The notes under the pieces are model-generated. The model made no database searches. It was not told the DNA's origin and was given only the letters and a program-made list of their open reading frames with translations. Positions 49,364 to 60,200 of a stretch of 64,000 bases of DNA are shown in pieces. Location: positions 51,274,001 to 51,338,000 of the forward strand of contig NC_058370.1 of NCBI RefSeq assembly GCF_018350175.1, given 5' to 3'. Source of the DNA: Felis catus (Eukaryota). The translations under genes and the position numbers were made by a program. The first letter of the stretch is position 1; each line of letters begins with the position of its first letter.

Positions 49364-52300
49364 TGAAAGTGAACATGATTAATTGAAAATATATATTGCA
49401 AACTCTAGGGCAACTACTAACAATTTTTTTAAGGTATAATTGACATGCTAAGAAAGGAGAGAAAATAGAATCAATTAAATCCACAGAAAGGAAAAAAAAT
49501 AGAAGACAAAAATAGGAACAAAAATCAAAGGCAACAAATAGAAAACAGAAATAAATATGGTAAAAATTATTTCAAAAATATCAAATAATCACTCTGAAAG
49601 TCAATGGTTTAAATTCACAAACTGAAAGATAAAGATTATCACAGTGGATCAAAATGCAAGACCCAACTAGATGTTGTTTACAATAAACCCAGTTTAAATA
49701 TAAAGATACATGTGAATTAAAGGTAAATGTATGGAGAAAGATATACCATGATAATACTAATCAAAAGAAAGTGGGAATAGCTACATTAATTTTGAACAAA
49801 GCATAATTCAGAGCAAGTACTGTTGTTTGGGATAAAGAAGGGGATTACATAATGAGAAAGGAGTCAATTCTCCAAGAAGACATAACAAACCTTAATGTAT
49901 ATGCATTTAACAACAGAAAGTCAAAATATATCAGGCAAGACTAACTTAACTGCAAGGAGAAATAGATAAATCCGCTATTATATTTGGAGACTTCAATGTC
50001 CCTCTATCAGAAATGGACATATCCAGCAGGCAGAAAAATCACTAAAGACATAGTTGAAGGCAACAACACCTATCAATCAACTGAATATAATAGACATCTA
50101 TAAACTACTTCATCTAAGAACAGTAAAAAATACATTCTTCTCAAGCTCACATGGAGCATTCACCAAGATAGATCACATTTGGGGCCATAAAATATACCTT
50201 AACAAAGTTAAAAGAATAGAAACCATACAATGTTGGTTCTCAGACCACAGTGGAATTAAACTAGAATCAATAACAGAAAGGTAACTGGAAAATCACAAAA
50301 TACTTGGGAATTAAACAATACAATACTAAATAACACTTGGTTCAAAGAAAAAGTATCAGGGGAAATTTAAAATTTTTTTTAAATAAATGAAAATAAAAAC
50401 GCAACTTGTCAAAATTGTGGGCTGAGGGAAATTTATAACATTGAATGCATATATCAGAAAAAAAGAAAGATCTAAAATCAATAATCGAACCTTCCACCTT
50501 AGAAAACTAGAACAAGAAAAAGCAAATTCAATCCAAAGCAAGTAAAAGAAAAGAAATTATAGATATTAGAACAGAAATCAATGAAATTAAAAATAGGAAA
50601 TCAATAAATTAAATCAACAAAACCAAGAGCTGGTTATTTGAAAAGATCAATAAAATTGATAAACCTCTAACCAGGCTAATAAAAAAAGAGAGGAGACACA
50701 AACTATTAATATCAATAATGAAAGAGAGGACATTATTATAGATCCTCGACATTAAAGGGATAATAAAGTAATATTATGAACAATTCCATGCCCACAAATT
50801 TGATAACCTAAATGAAATGAACTAATTCCTTTAATGACATAATCTGCTAAAATTTATACAAGAAATAGACAATCTGAATAGGCCTGTATCTTTTAAAGAA
50901 ATTGAATCAATAATTAATAAATTTCCAAAACAGAAAGCACCAGGCCCAGATGAAGTGACTAGTGAATTCTCCCAAAAATTTAAAGAAGAAATTATACCAA
51001 ATTATCTACTAATCTCTTCCAGAAGTAGAAGCATAAGGGGCTACTTCCTAATTCATTTTATGAAGCTACCGTTACACTAATACTGAAACCAGACAAAGAC
51101 ACCACAGGTAAAGAAAACCACAGATCAATATTTCTCATAAGCGTAGATGCAAAAATCCTCAACAAAATATTAGTAAACTGAATCCAATGAAGTATAAAAA
51201 GAATTATGCAGCATGACCATGGGATTTATCNNNNNNNNNNNNNNNNNNNNNNNNNNNNNNNNNNNNNNNNNNNNNNNNNNNNNNNNNNNNNNNNNNNNNN
51301 NNNNNNNNNNNNNNNNNNNNNNNNNNNNNNNNNNNNNNNNNNNNNNNNNNNNNNNNNNNNNNNNNNNNNNNNNAAAAATAGCTCTCAGCAAGTTAGGAAT
51401 GGAGTGAAATTTTCCTCAGCTTCTGAAGAACATTTACAAAAAACCTACAGCTGACATCACAGTGGTGAGAAACAAGAAGCTTTCCCACAAAGTTCAGGTA
51501 TAAGGCAAAATATTTTCCCCCTCACCACGGCCTTTCAATATCATACTGGAAATCCTACCTAATGCAATAAGATATGAAGGGCATACAAATTGGGAAGGAA
51601 GAAATAAAGCTGTCTTAGTTCACAGATGATATAATTGTCTAAGTAAAAAATTTGAAAGAATCAACAAAAAAACCCTCTTGGAACTAATAAGCAATTATAG
51701 CAAGGTTGCAGGATAGAAGATTAATATACAAAAATTAAACACTTTTCTACATACTAGTAACAAGTGGAATTTGACACTAAAAACACAACACTATTTACAT
51801 TAGCACCTAAAAAAATGAAATGCTAAGGTATAAATCTAACAAAATACCTACAAGAGCTATATGAGGAAAACTGTAAAACTCTGATGAATAAAANNNNNNN
51901 NNNNNNNNNNNNNNNNNNNNNNNNNNNNNNNNNNNNNNNNNNNNNNNNNNNNNNNNNNNNNNNNNNNNNNNNNNNNNNNNNNNNNNNNNNNNNNNNNNNN
52001 NNNNNNNNNNNNNNNNNNNNNNNNNNNNNNNNNNNNNNNNNNNNNNNNNNNNNNNNNNNNNNNNNNNATAGCCAACACAATTTGAAAGAGAAGAACAAAG
52101 ATTGACACTATACAACTTCAAGACTTACTTAAAGCTATAGTACTGAAGACAGGGTGGTATTGGTAACAGAATAAAAAAGTAGATCAGTGGAACATAATAC
52201 AGCATCCAGAATTAGACTGACATNNNNNNNNNNNNNNNNNNNNNNNNNNNNNNNNNNNNNNNNNNNNNNNNNNNNNNNNNNNNNNNNNNNNNNNNNNNNN

Positions 52301-52680
52301 NNNNNNNNNNNNNNNNNNNNNNNNNNNNNNNNNNNNNNNNNNNNNNNNNNNNNNNNNNNNNNNNNNNNNNNNNNNNNNNNNNNNNNNNNNNNNNNNNNNA
52401 CACAAAAATATAAAACGCTTAGAAGATAACATAGGAGAATATCCAAATGACCTTGGGGTTTGGTGATGAGTTTTTGGATACAACATCAAAGACCAGACTC
52501 TGGAAGAATTGATAAGCTGGGCATCATTAAAATTAAAAATTTATGTTCTGCAAAATACACTGTGAAGAGAATAAAAAATAAGACATGGACTCATGAAAAT
52601 ATTTCCAAAGTACATATCTGATAAAGGACTATTATTCAAAAAATACAAAGAACTCTTAAAACTCAACAATAAGAAAACAA

Positions 52681-52762
52681 GGGCACCTGGCTGGCTCAGT
52701 TGGTAGAGCATATGACACTTGATCTCAGGGTTGTGAGTTCAAGCCCCACACTGGGTGTGGAG
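52681..52762 (+). mobile_element. tRNA-Lys(CTT)-like short Can-SINE or tRNA pseudogene head (3' end lost in N gap)
   Basis: tggctcagttggtagagcatatgacacttgatctcagggttgtgagttcaagccccacactgggtg aligns to tRNA-Lys-CTT with CpG-decay changes; it has the gggcacc Can-SINE leader and sits in L1 ORF2. Confidence 0.85.
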
Positions 52763-53806
52763 NNNNNNNNNNNNNNNNNNNNNNNNNNNNNNNNNNNNNN
52801 NNNNNNNNNNNNNNNNNNNNNNNNNNNNNNNNNNNNNNNNNNNNNNNNNNNNNNNNNNNNNNNNNNNNNNNNNNNNNNNNNNNNNNNNNNNNNNNNNNNN
52901 NNNNNNNNNNNNNNNNNNNNNNNNNNNNNNNNNNNNNNNNNNNNNNNNNNNNNNNNNNNNNNNNNNNNNNNNNNNNNNNNNNNNNNNNNNNNNNNNNNNN
53001 NNNNNNNNCATTCACGGCTGATGNNNNNNNNNNNNNNNNNNNNNNNNNNNNNNNNNNNNNNNNNNNNNNNNNNNNNNNNNNNNNNNNNNNNNNNNNNNNN
53101 NNNNNNNNNNNNNNNNNNNNNNNNNNNNNNNNNNNNNNNNNNNNNNNNNNNNNNNNNNNNNNNNNNNNNNNNNNNNNNNNNNNNNNNNNNNNNNNNNNAA
53201 ATAGTCAAGTGATGTCCTTCAGTAGGTGAATGGATAAATAAACTGGTACATAAAGACAACAGAGTATTATCCAGTGCTAAAAAGAAGTGAGTTACGTAGC
53301 AGTGAAAGGACACAGAAGAAATGTAAGTCCATATTATTATGTGAAAGAAGCCAATCTGAAAAATTTACATATTAAGTGATTCCAACTATGTGACATTGTG
53401 GAAAAGGCAAAACTATGGAGACAATAAAAAGATCAATAGTTGCCAAGGATTGGGGAGTANNNNNNNNNNNNNNNNNNNNNNNNNNNNNNNNNNNNNNNNN
53501 NNNNNNNNNNNNNNNNNNNNNNNNNNNNNNNNNNNNNNNNNNNNNNNNNNNNNNNNNNNNNNNNNNNNNNNNNNNNNNNNNNNNNNNNNNNNNNNNNNNN
53601 NNNNNNNNNNNNNNNNNNNNNNNNNNNNNNNNNNNNNNNNNNNNNNATTAACGGGAACACATGTACCTCTCTGGTGAAAGATGCTGATAGTGGAGAAGGC
53701 AGTCCATGTGTGAGGCTAGGGTTGTATGGGAAATCTCTGTATCTTCTGCTCAGTTCAGGAGTAAAACTAAAATTGCTCTACAAATTAAGTCTATTAAAAA
53801 AAAAAA

Positions 53807-54130
53807 CAAACTAATAGCACCACAGAGAAATGAACATGAACAAACTATAGCACCCTACAACACTACAGATGGAGTGTACAAATGTAATGTTGAGAGAACA
53901 CAAAACTGGACTCAAAAATATACTCTGCATGTTTCATTTATTTGACTTTCAAGAACAGACATGACTCATCCATGATGTTAGGGCCATGGGAAGAGGGAAG
54001 GACTGGGATGCCAATATCCCACCATCTCTCCACTAGGTAGTGAGTATAAGGATTTTCTTTCCAACCATCAAGCTGCACAATTTTGATTAGTGGACTTACT
54101 GTTGCAATATGCTTTATTTAGGTTAAAAGG
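53807..54130 (+). mobile_element. Old L1ME-type 3' UTR (host element, right part)
   Basis: aatgtaatgttgagag...aaaaatatactctgcatgtttcatttat...tgatgttag. Confidence 0.6.
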
Positions 54131-55596
54131 TTTTTTTTAAGTATAGACAAGTTACAACACACCTTGAGTACTGCATTTGGTCTTAACACATCCCTAAAGG
54201 GACTTCACATACTGAGGAAGCCAACCATTATGTGAACACTCTGAAATCAAGTCACAGAAAGCCAGAGAAGAAAGTGGGATCACTGAGCCTGAGACATGAG
54301 AAAGCTGGGTGGGGGGCATGGTTACTGTCTTCCAGCTTTGGCATCATTACCACACTGAAAAGCTGGACTCATTTTGAGTCACCTGGGAGGGTAGAATACA
54401 CACCAAGGGCTCCAAGTTACTGAGAAGCCAACACAGCTCCACATAAGGGAGAGCTATTCCCAAATGAGTGCCCTCTCTCTGGCCAGGGGCTTTGTCATCA
54501 TTCCAAGTGTTACACAGTGCCAACCTGTTTCTCATGTGGCTACCAATATGCAAGCATCCCCTAAGAGCCAGGCATGAGGAAGAAGCTGACCCTTCCCAAG
54601 AAAAGATCGGCACTTGGTGGAGGAGGTCTGCTTATAAAGAGATGGACAGTATCCAATAAAATGTACATACAGTGAAATCCCAGCATAATGCAGTAAGTGG
54701 GGTCAAAATCCAACTCTGTCAGTGTGCTACTGTGAGGTTAGTGGAACCTGCATAGCCCCATTTTCCCATCAGATGCCAATTCAATGTAGTCCCAGCTCTG
54801 GTTTGGTGGTACCTTGTGGCAGGTCTCTGACCTGGCTCAAATATTGATGTGGCTGGGTGGGGGGCGGGGGGGGGTGCAATTCTTGGTCCTGCAGCTGGCT
54901 GGGATTTCATGGCAGTGGAAGGATCCATAACACTCTTATTTAGCTGGCATAAATCTTGTTGGGGATACTGGGCTGGGAGAATAGAGGGTTCAGGGAGCCA
55001 GTCACTCTCCGTACACACAAAAAACTAAAACTTTGCCTAGGAGTGCTGAGAAAGGTTTCCCACAGCTCTGCCTCTAAACCAAACTCTCACGATGGAGACA
55101 ACCTCCAAAGAGTAACATATGAGTGCTGGACAATGAGAAAATTCACTCTAGCATGCCAGAGCTACCAGCACGAGATCGGGTGTGTTTTGGAAACAGAAAT
55201 AACTTCTCTTGCCACCAATGCAGGACGAGGGTAACAATGACCATTTTTTCATGCGTAGATCACATCAGGTCTCTGATTTACTGTCATATTTCAAAAAGCT
55301 GGAGCCAGTGCTTTAGGAAGGACAAGAAAAGGGTGAAATCCCTGCTCTGTGGCCTCTTTGGAATATAGAGAATTACTCCATCCTTAAACACTACAAGGGC
55401 TTTTCATAGGACAATGGCAAGACTGATCTACATGGTTTGGACCTGAGTTTTCATTTGCTGTTTTGTAAAGAATGGCATCCCCTGCATGTCACACTCAATG
55501 TGGTGGGATGCTGGTGGCCTCAGAACAAAGCCATGCTGAGTGGGATGCACAAGGAACCACTGTGTGCTTGGTCTCCATAGTGCTGTGCTCTATGTC

Positions 55597-55816
55597 ATAG
55601 GTCAGAAAACCTTTCTAAGGGCCATATCACCAATATTTCAGGATTTTGAGACTGTACTGTGTCTGTCACACATTCAACCCCTCTGTTTTGGAATGAAAGC
55701 AGCCAGAGACAACATGTAAATGAGGGAGTCTGGTTGTGTGGCAATACAACTTTATTTACACAAACGGCAGCAGGTGGGTAGGATTTGACCTGCAAGCACT
55801 GGTTTATCAACCCTTG
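55597..55816 (+). mobile_element. MER58A-like DNA transposon, near full length
   Basis: Termini cataggtcagaaaac ... gtttatcaacccttg; internal aagggcca, aaagcagcca, aactttatttaca, ggatttgacc. Confidence 0.8.
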
Positions 55817-57299
55817 TTCGATGTAGATGAGTAAACGAAATCTATACCATTGATAGTCAGGAGGGGCAGACAAGTTTTGGGCCAATATGGCAGCATCTGA
55901 GGATTTTAAGGAGAAAAAGTTGTTCCCACCACATCATTTCACTTTCAGATTCATGACTCAATTTCATTTACATGTTTCGTGTGAGGTGCTTATTACTTGC
56001 TGTGGGGCACTGTACTTCCACATGCTGTTTTCACTCTTCTCTCTAAGTTTCCAAGCTTTAAAAATACACCAAATGCCATTTTCATACGACAGTGGCTCTC
56101 CTTTGCATTCAGGCGGTCTCGGGGTGGTCCTAAATGATGTCAAGGCTGGGCTATGAACATAACATAATTATTAAAAAAGTATATCACTTTTCTTCCCAAG
56201 GCTCAGGGGGTAATACATATGTAAAGGATTCAGGTACCATGGTAGTCATGCCATCTAAAAGGGGCCTTCAAACTGCATTTCTACTTCATTTACCTAATTT
56301 GCCCAAAGTCTGCTATCTATAGGCATAGGGGCTCTGTTAAGAACAGAAGCTGTGTAGCAGAGCAGGGAGAGTGGTATGCCTGTGTCCACACAGAAGCCCT
56401 CTGGATGCCACTGAAGGTGACTGGCTGAGCACATTGTCCTTCAATACTGTTTCAGAAATACAACTCCATAAATGTCATAGCTTACACATCAGGGGCTCAG
56501 CCTGAAATATCATGTCCACTGAAAACCTTAGAGAGTTCCTTCAGCAAGTCTGGATAAACCAACCTCTGAGGACCTAATATTTTCCTCTCCTAAATAACCA
56601 GTGTGGCAACAACACATATAAAGCAGCTAGAAACATCCTGAAGGGCCATGAATAGCAAGCAGGTACTTCTGGAGTGCCACTCGAGTGCTTCCACTCTCCT
56701 TTCACTCACACTCAAAGTGGTTTCTGAGAAGCAGTGTGAGCCAGACCAGAGGGAGCCCTTCCTTTCATCCTTTCACCGCTGGCTGCCTGCTCAGCCGGCC
56801 ACGGGCATAGCCACCTCTCACCGCAGCATGACTGGGGACCCTGTCATTGAGTCCTTCCCTGTCAGAACGCAAGCCAGCCATAGATAGGGTGCCAAAATCA
56901 CTGCTTCTCAGAAAAAATGGAAATTAAAAAGGGAAAAGTTCAAAAACTCCCTCAGCCTTTCGTTGTAGAAATAATACAAAATTGTTCCTCTGGGCAGTTC
57001 TAGGTGAGGCTCTTAACAGACTCATTGCTGCCATTAACCCCCTGATGTGCTGTTGAGGACTTAGGGAGCCATGATGTTCCAGAAGTCAGGGGGCCTTCTC
57101 CCATTGTCCCGTCTTGCTCACCCCATCTCAATTCCAGAGGCTGCCAGCGGCCTGGAACCACTCACAGAAAGGCAAAGCTCCAGGACAGAGATGCACACTT
57201 CGAGGAAGTCTGGCCTGCAGCCACAGGGTGGGCCCAGGTGGAAGTGGAGAGGCCAGAGGTCAGATGTCACACCCTCCTCAGTGCTTGCAGCTCTCCCCA

Positions 57300-57420
57300 T
57301 CATGCACCACCCCACACACATGCACACACATCCCGGGCACAGACACTACATGCACACACACGCACACCACACCCACATACATCAGGGGCACACATACCAC
57401 ATGCACACATACACACTCTC
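57300..57420 (+). repeat. Degenerate (CA)-rich low-complexity tract
   Basis: Repeated catgcacaca/cacatac units. Confidence 0.8.
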
Positions 57421-57664
57421 TCCAGCAGGGCAGAGGCTCAGGTGCTGTGATGATCCCTCTCCTGGTCTTCCCACTATGGGCTGTGAGCATTTGAAGGTGG
57501 GACTCTGTTCCCACACATTGGCCCACCCGGAACACAATCTAGTGTCAATAAACATCTGATGAATGAATGAATGGACCAAGGAGGCTGGACAAAAATAAAT
57601 TTATACTATCCATAGCAAGTACAGCTTACCTCTTGCTCAGGCCAAGCCAGAGTGCTTGTACTCA

Positions 57665-58165
57665 GCCTGTCAAATATGTATTCAAAGTCCTATGTGCCCT
57701 TCACTGTCCCAAGATGGGGATAGGCAGTTAGTAAATGCAGGATGGCTACCCTCAGGGAGCCTGCACTCCAGCCAGGAGACCATGAGACAGACAACTGTCT
57801 GTAGTATATACACACTACCTTGTCAGGAGGAGAAAATGGGGGTGTGGAGTAGTAGTTGAGGGCACTCCATCAGCAGGGGCCACTCTGAGGGATGTGATGA
57901 CAGGTCGGGAGGGCATTCAGGCCATGGGGAGAGCTACAGAGGCCCTGGGGGAGCCAGCAGGATCAGATGGAGGGACAGGGGCTGGGAGGTCAGCATGGCT
58001 GGGAGTGGAGTGAGCCAGAGGCAGACTGGAACTAAGTCTGGGAAGGAGGTGGGCACTGGGTCAGGTAGGATCTTGCAGGCAGTATAGACTCTGATGTTGG
58101 CTCTGAGGAGACTAGAAGCCAAGGGGGTTTCTGAGCAGAGGTGGGGTACATACACTCCAGCCACT
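57665..58165 (-). mobile_element. L2 fragment
   Basis: cctcagggagcctgcactccag, cagcatggctggga, ggatcttgcaggc, ggtttctgagcagag. Confidence 0.6.
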
Positions 58166-58904
58166 GAGGGTACAAAAGTTGGGGGTGCCCACAGTGAGCC
58201 AGATAGGGCATACTGGTTGGGAGGCTAGTCCTGAGGGAAGAGCTCACATTTTGCAGGGGTCTGAAGATATCTCCTGACAAAGCTTCAGACACACCCCATG
58301 TTCCACCTCAAATATATAAGATTCCCTGTCAGTTTCTCTGACCCCTGCCTGGATGTCCAAACAAGGGCTTGGGCAAGGACATCCCTCAGCAGCTCCTAGG
58401 CTGCCACTGCCCTCCTAGCCACCTCCTCCATATGCAGGTTTGGTCCCCTTAGTAAAGGGGCCTCCTCTACCCAGGTGGAGCTGACATTCAGAGGTGACTA
58501 TAGGGCTACTGCTCAACCGGAAGGAGGGAGCCAGGAGCCATGAAGGTAACGGACATTGTTTGGTAACTTCTGAGGAAGGGTGCACGGAGGCTCATCCCAT
58601 TTAGCTTCCTGAGTCTTTCTAGCCCTGAAAGCTTTTCAGATTGCCCCTCAGGAGAAAGCAGATATGCCAAGGCCCAGGTGCCCAGCAATGGGGACAGCAG
58701 TCTTGACCCAGGGCCGAGATTTCACACCCCCTTGAGATTGAGCCACCAAAATATAAGTGTCTAACCCACTAGACAAATTCTCAGCTTTCCAAGTAGTGTG
58801 TGTCTTAGGGTGTTTTTTTTTCCTGTGCGCATTCTGGGCTAACATAGAAAGTGATAAGTATCTGACCAAACTTCACCTTTTCCTGAAACGGGAGTAAGCA
58901 GAGC

Positions 58905-59110
58905 ACAGAAAGCAAATATTTATCGAATGCCTATTTTGAGCTCAGTTCTCTAATGCCTTTGCTCATTGAATCCTATTATCAACTCCACTGTACAGTTAAA
59001 AAAGGAGACTCACAGACTAAGCAAATGTCCCAAAGCTACCATGTAATAATAAAAAAGTGTTATGATTTGTATCCTTGTTTACCTGACTTTACAGCCCAAA
59101 CTTTCTACAC
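58905..59110 (-). mobile_element. MIR fragment
   Basis: gcaaatatttatcgaatgcctat...attgaatcct...cctgactttacagccc. Confidence 0.55.
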
Positions 59111-59857
59111 TTAATTTTTATCTAAGCCTATCTCCTGTATCAGAAGAACACAGTTTAGGATTAATGCTGGCTTCATTCTCATAAAAGAGAAGTCCCACAC
59201 TTTTGGGAAGTGATGATTAAATATTCAGCAGAATAAGATCATACGGAAGGGTCTTGTGGTGACCTCAACAGTGTGGCAGTGTTTTACACAACTCTTTGCC
59301 AACTCAGAGCATCCCTGAGGCCCTGGAGGAGGGTGTGAGGTGAGGCATGGAAGGGAACTGTTCCCTTGTCCACTGTCCTGTGGCCTCATGTGGCCACACC
59401 CACATGGGGTTTGGTCCAACACAGAGAACCTCAAGTTCCCACTGTAAGCCGGGTGCAAAAGTGACTCTGGGGTCAGCCAGGCACCACCTGAGAAAATCTC
59501 ACGGCCTCTCAGAATTCCTGAGCATTACAGAGTGAATTCACCAAAGGGCAGCCCCAGGCCCTTTACATCCAGCACAGCTCCCTGGTAGGGTGAGGAAAAT
59601 GTTCTCATGTAAACTGGAATTTACATAGCATAGTCAGGGCTCCATGCATATTTGCTGAATTTTGCAGTTGACTGAAAATAAGGTAATATGGAGTAAGCTT
59701 CCATAAAAAGAAAGGAGTTCAAGGTCCCCTCTTGTCTGCTGCCCTAAGCTTAGCTCTTTACTTAGATCACTTAGCCCTCAGCAGCCCCCTATAGGTATCT
59801 GTGTCCTGGCCCTGAAGATGAAGTGGCCCAGCAAGGTTGAGTGTTTTCTTAAGGTCA

Positions 59858-60200
59858 CACGTGGGATCCCTAATTGCACCAAGGGTGCACCAGGTGTGGG
59901 ATCCCTGCACCCAGCTTGCCTCCCCAGCAAACCCATTCCCTCTCTGTGCACGTGGAAGGCAGCACGCATTAAAGCCTCACGTGAGAGCTTGGAAGAGAGC
60001 AGCCAGCAGAGCTTCGCTGGGCACAGTGCACTTCTTTCCTTTAGTCTCTATTTGCACGTGCCCAGCTTTTTGGAGTGAGACTACTAAGAAGTTATCAAAT
60101 ATGCTTTTTATAGCTGATTTACAAAAGGTAATTATTCATTTTCTTCTTAAATGAAACAAGGACTTTGGTTTTAGAATGACTTTAATTAATGCAATTTTAA
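59858..60200. promoter_or_regulatory. Candidate intronic enhancer (E-box cluster plus homeobox-rich block)
   Basis: CACGTG at 59858, 59949, 59978 and 60055; TGATTTAC at 60115; TTAATTAA at 60182. No repeat recognised here. Confidence 0.4.

Larger units (their letters stand above)
47640..53806 (+). mobile_element. Long decayed LINE-1 (L1MC1-like), antisense to SH3RF3
   Basis: ORF1 C-terminal remnant (48540-48827: IRITPDFS...PRIKYTEKLSF..EGEIKTFSDKQKLREF), ORF2 endonuclease remnant (50054-50284: IDIYK...FFSSSHGAFTKIDH...FSDHSGIKLE), RT-region DNA, L1MC1-like 3' UTR (ggaaaaggcaaaactatggagac...gggaaatctctgta) and poly-A. Many stops and frameshifts. Confidence 0.92.

Noticed and set aside
48540-50284. 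Active L1 ORF1/ORF2
   Set aside because: Only short remnants remain open; many stops, frameshifts and SINE insertions.
52681-52762. Functional tRNA-Lys gene
   Set aside because: It has a Can-SINE leader, stem-disrupting CpG-decay changes and sits inside an L1.
51170-53814. ORFs with long X runs
   Set aside because: Artefacts of N gaps hiding stop codons.
57071-57559. His/Thr-rich ORFs (162 and 126 aa)
   Set aside because: Produced by a degenerate CA-rich low-complexity tract.
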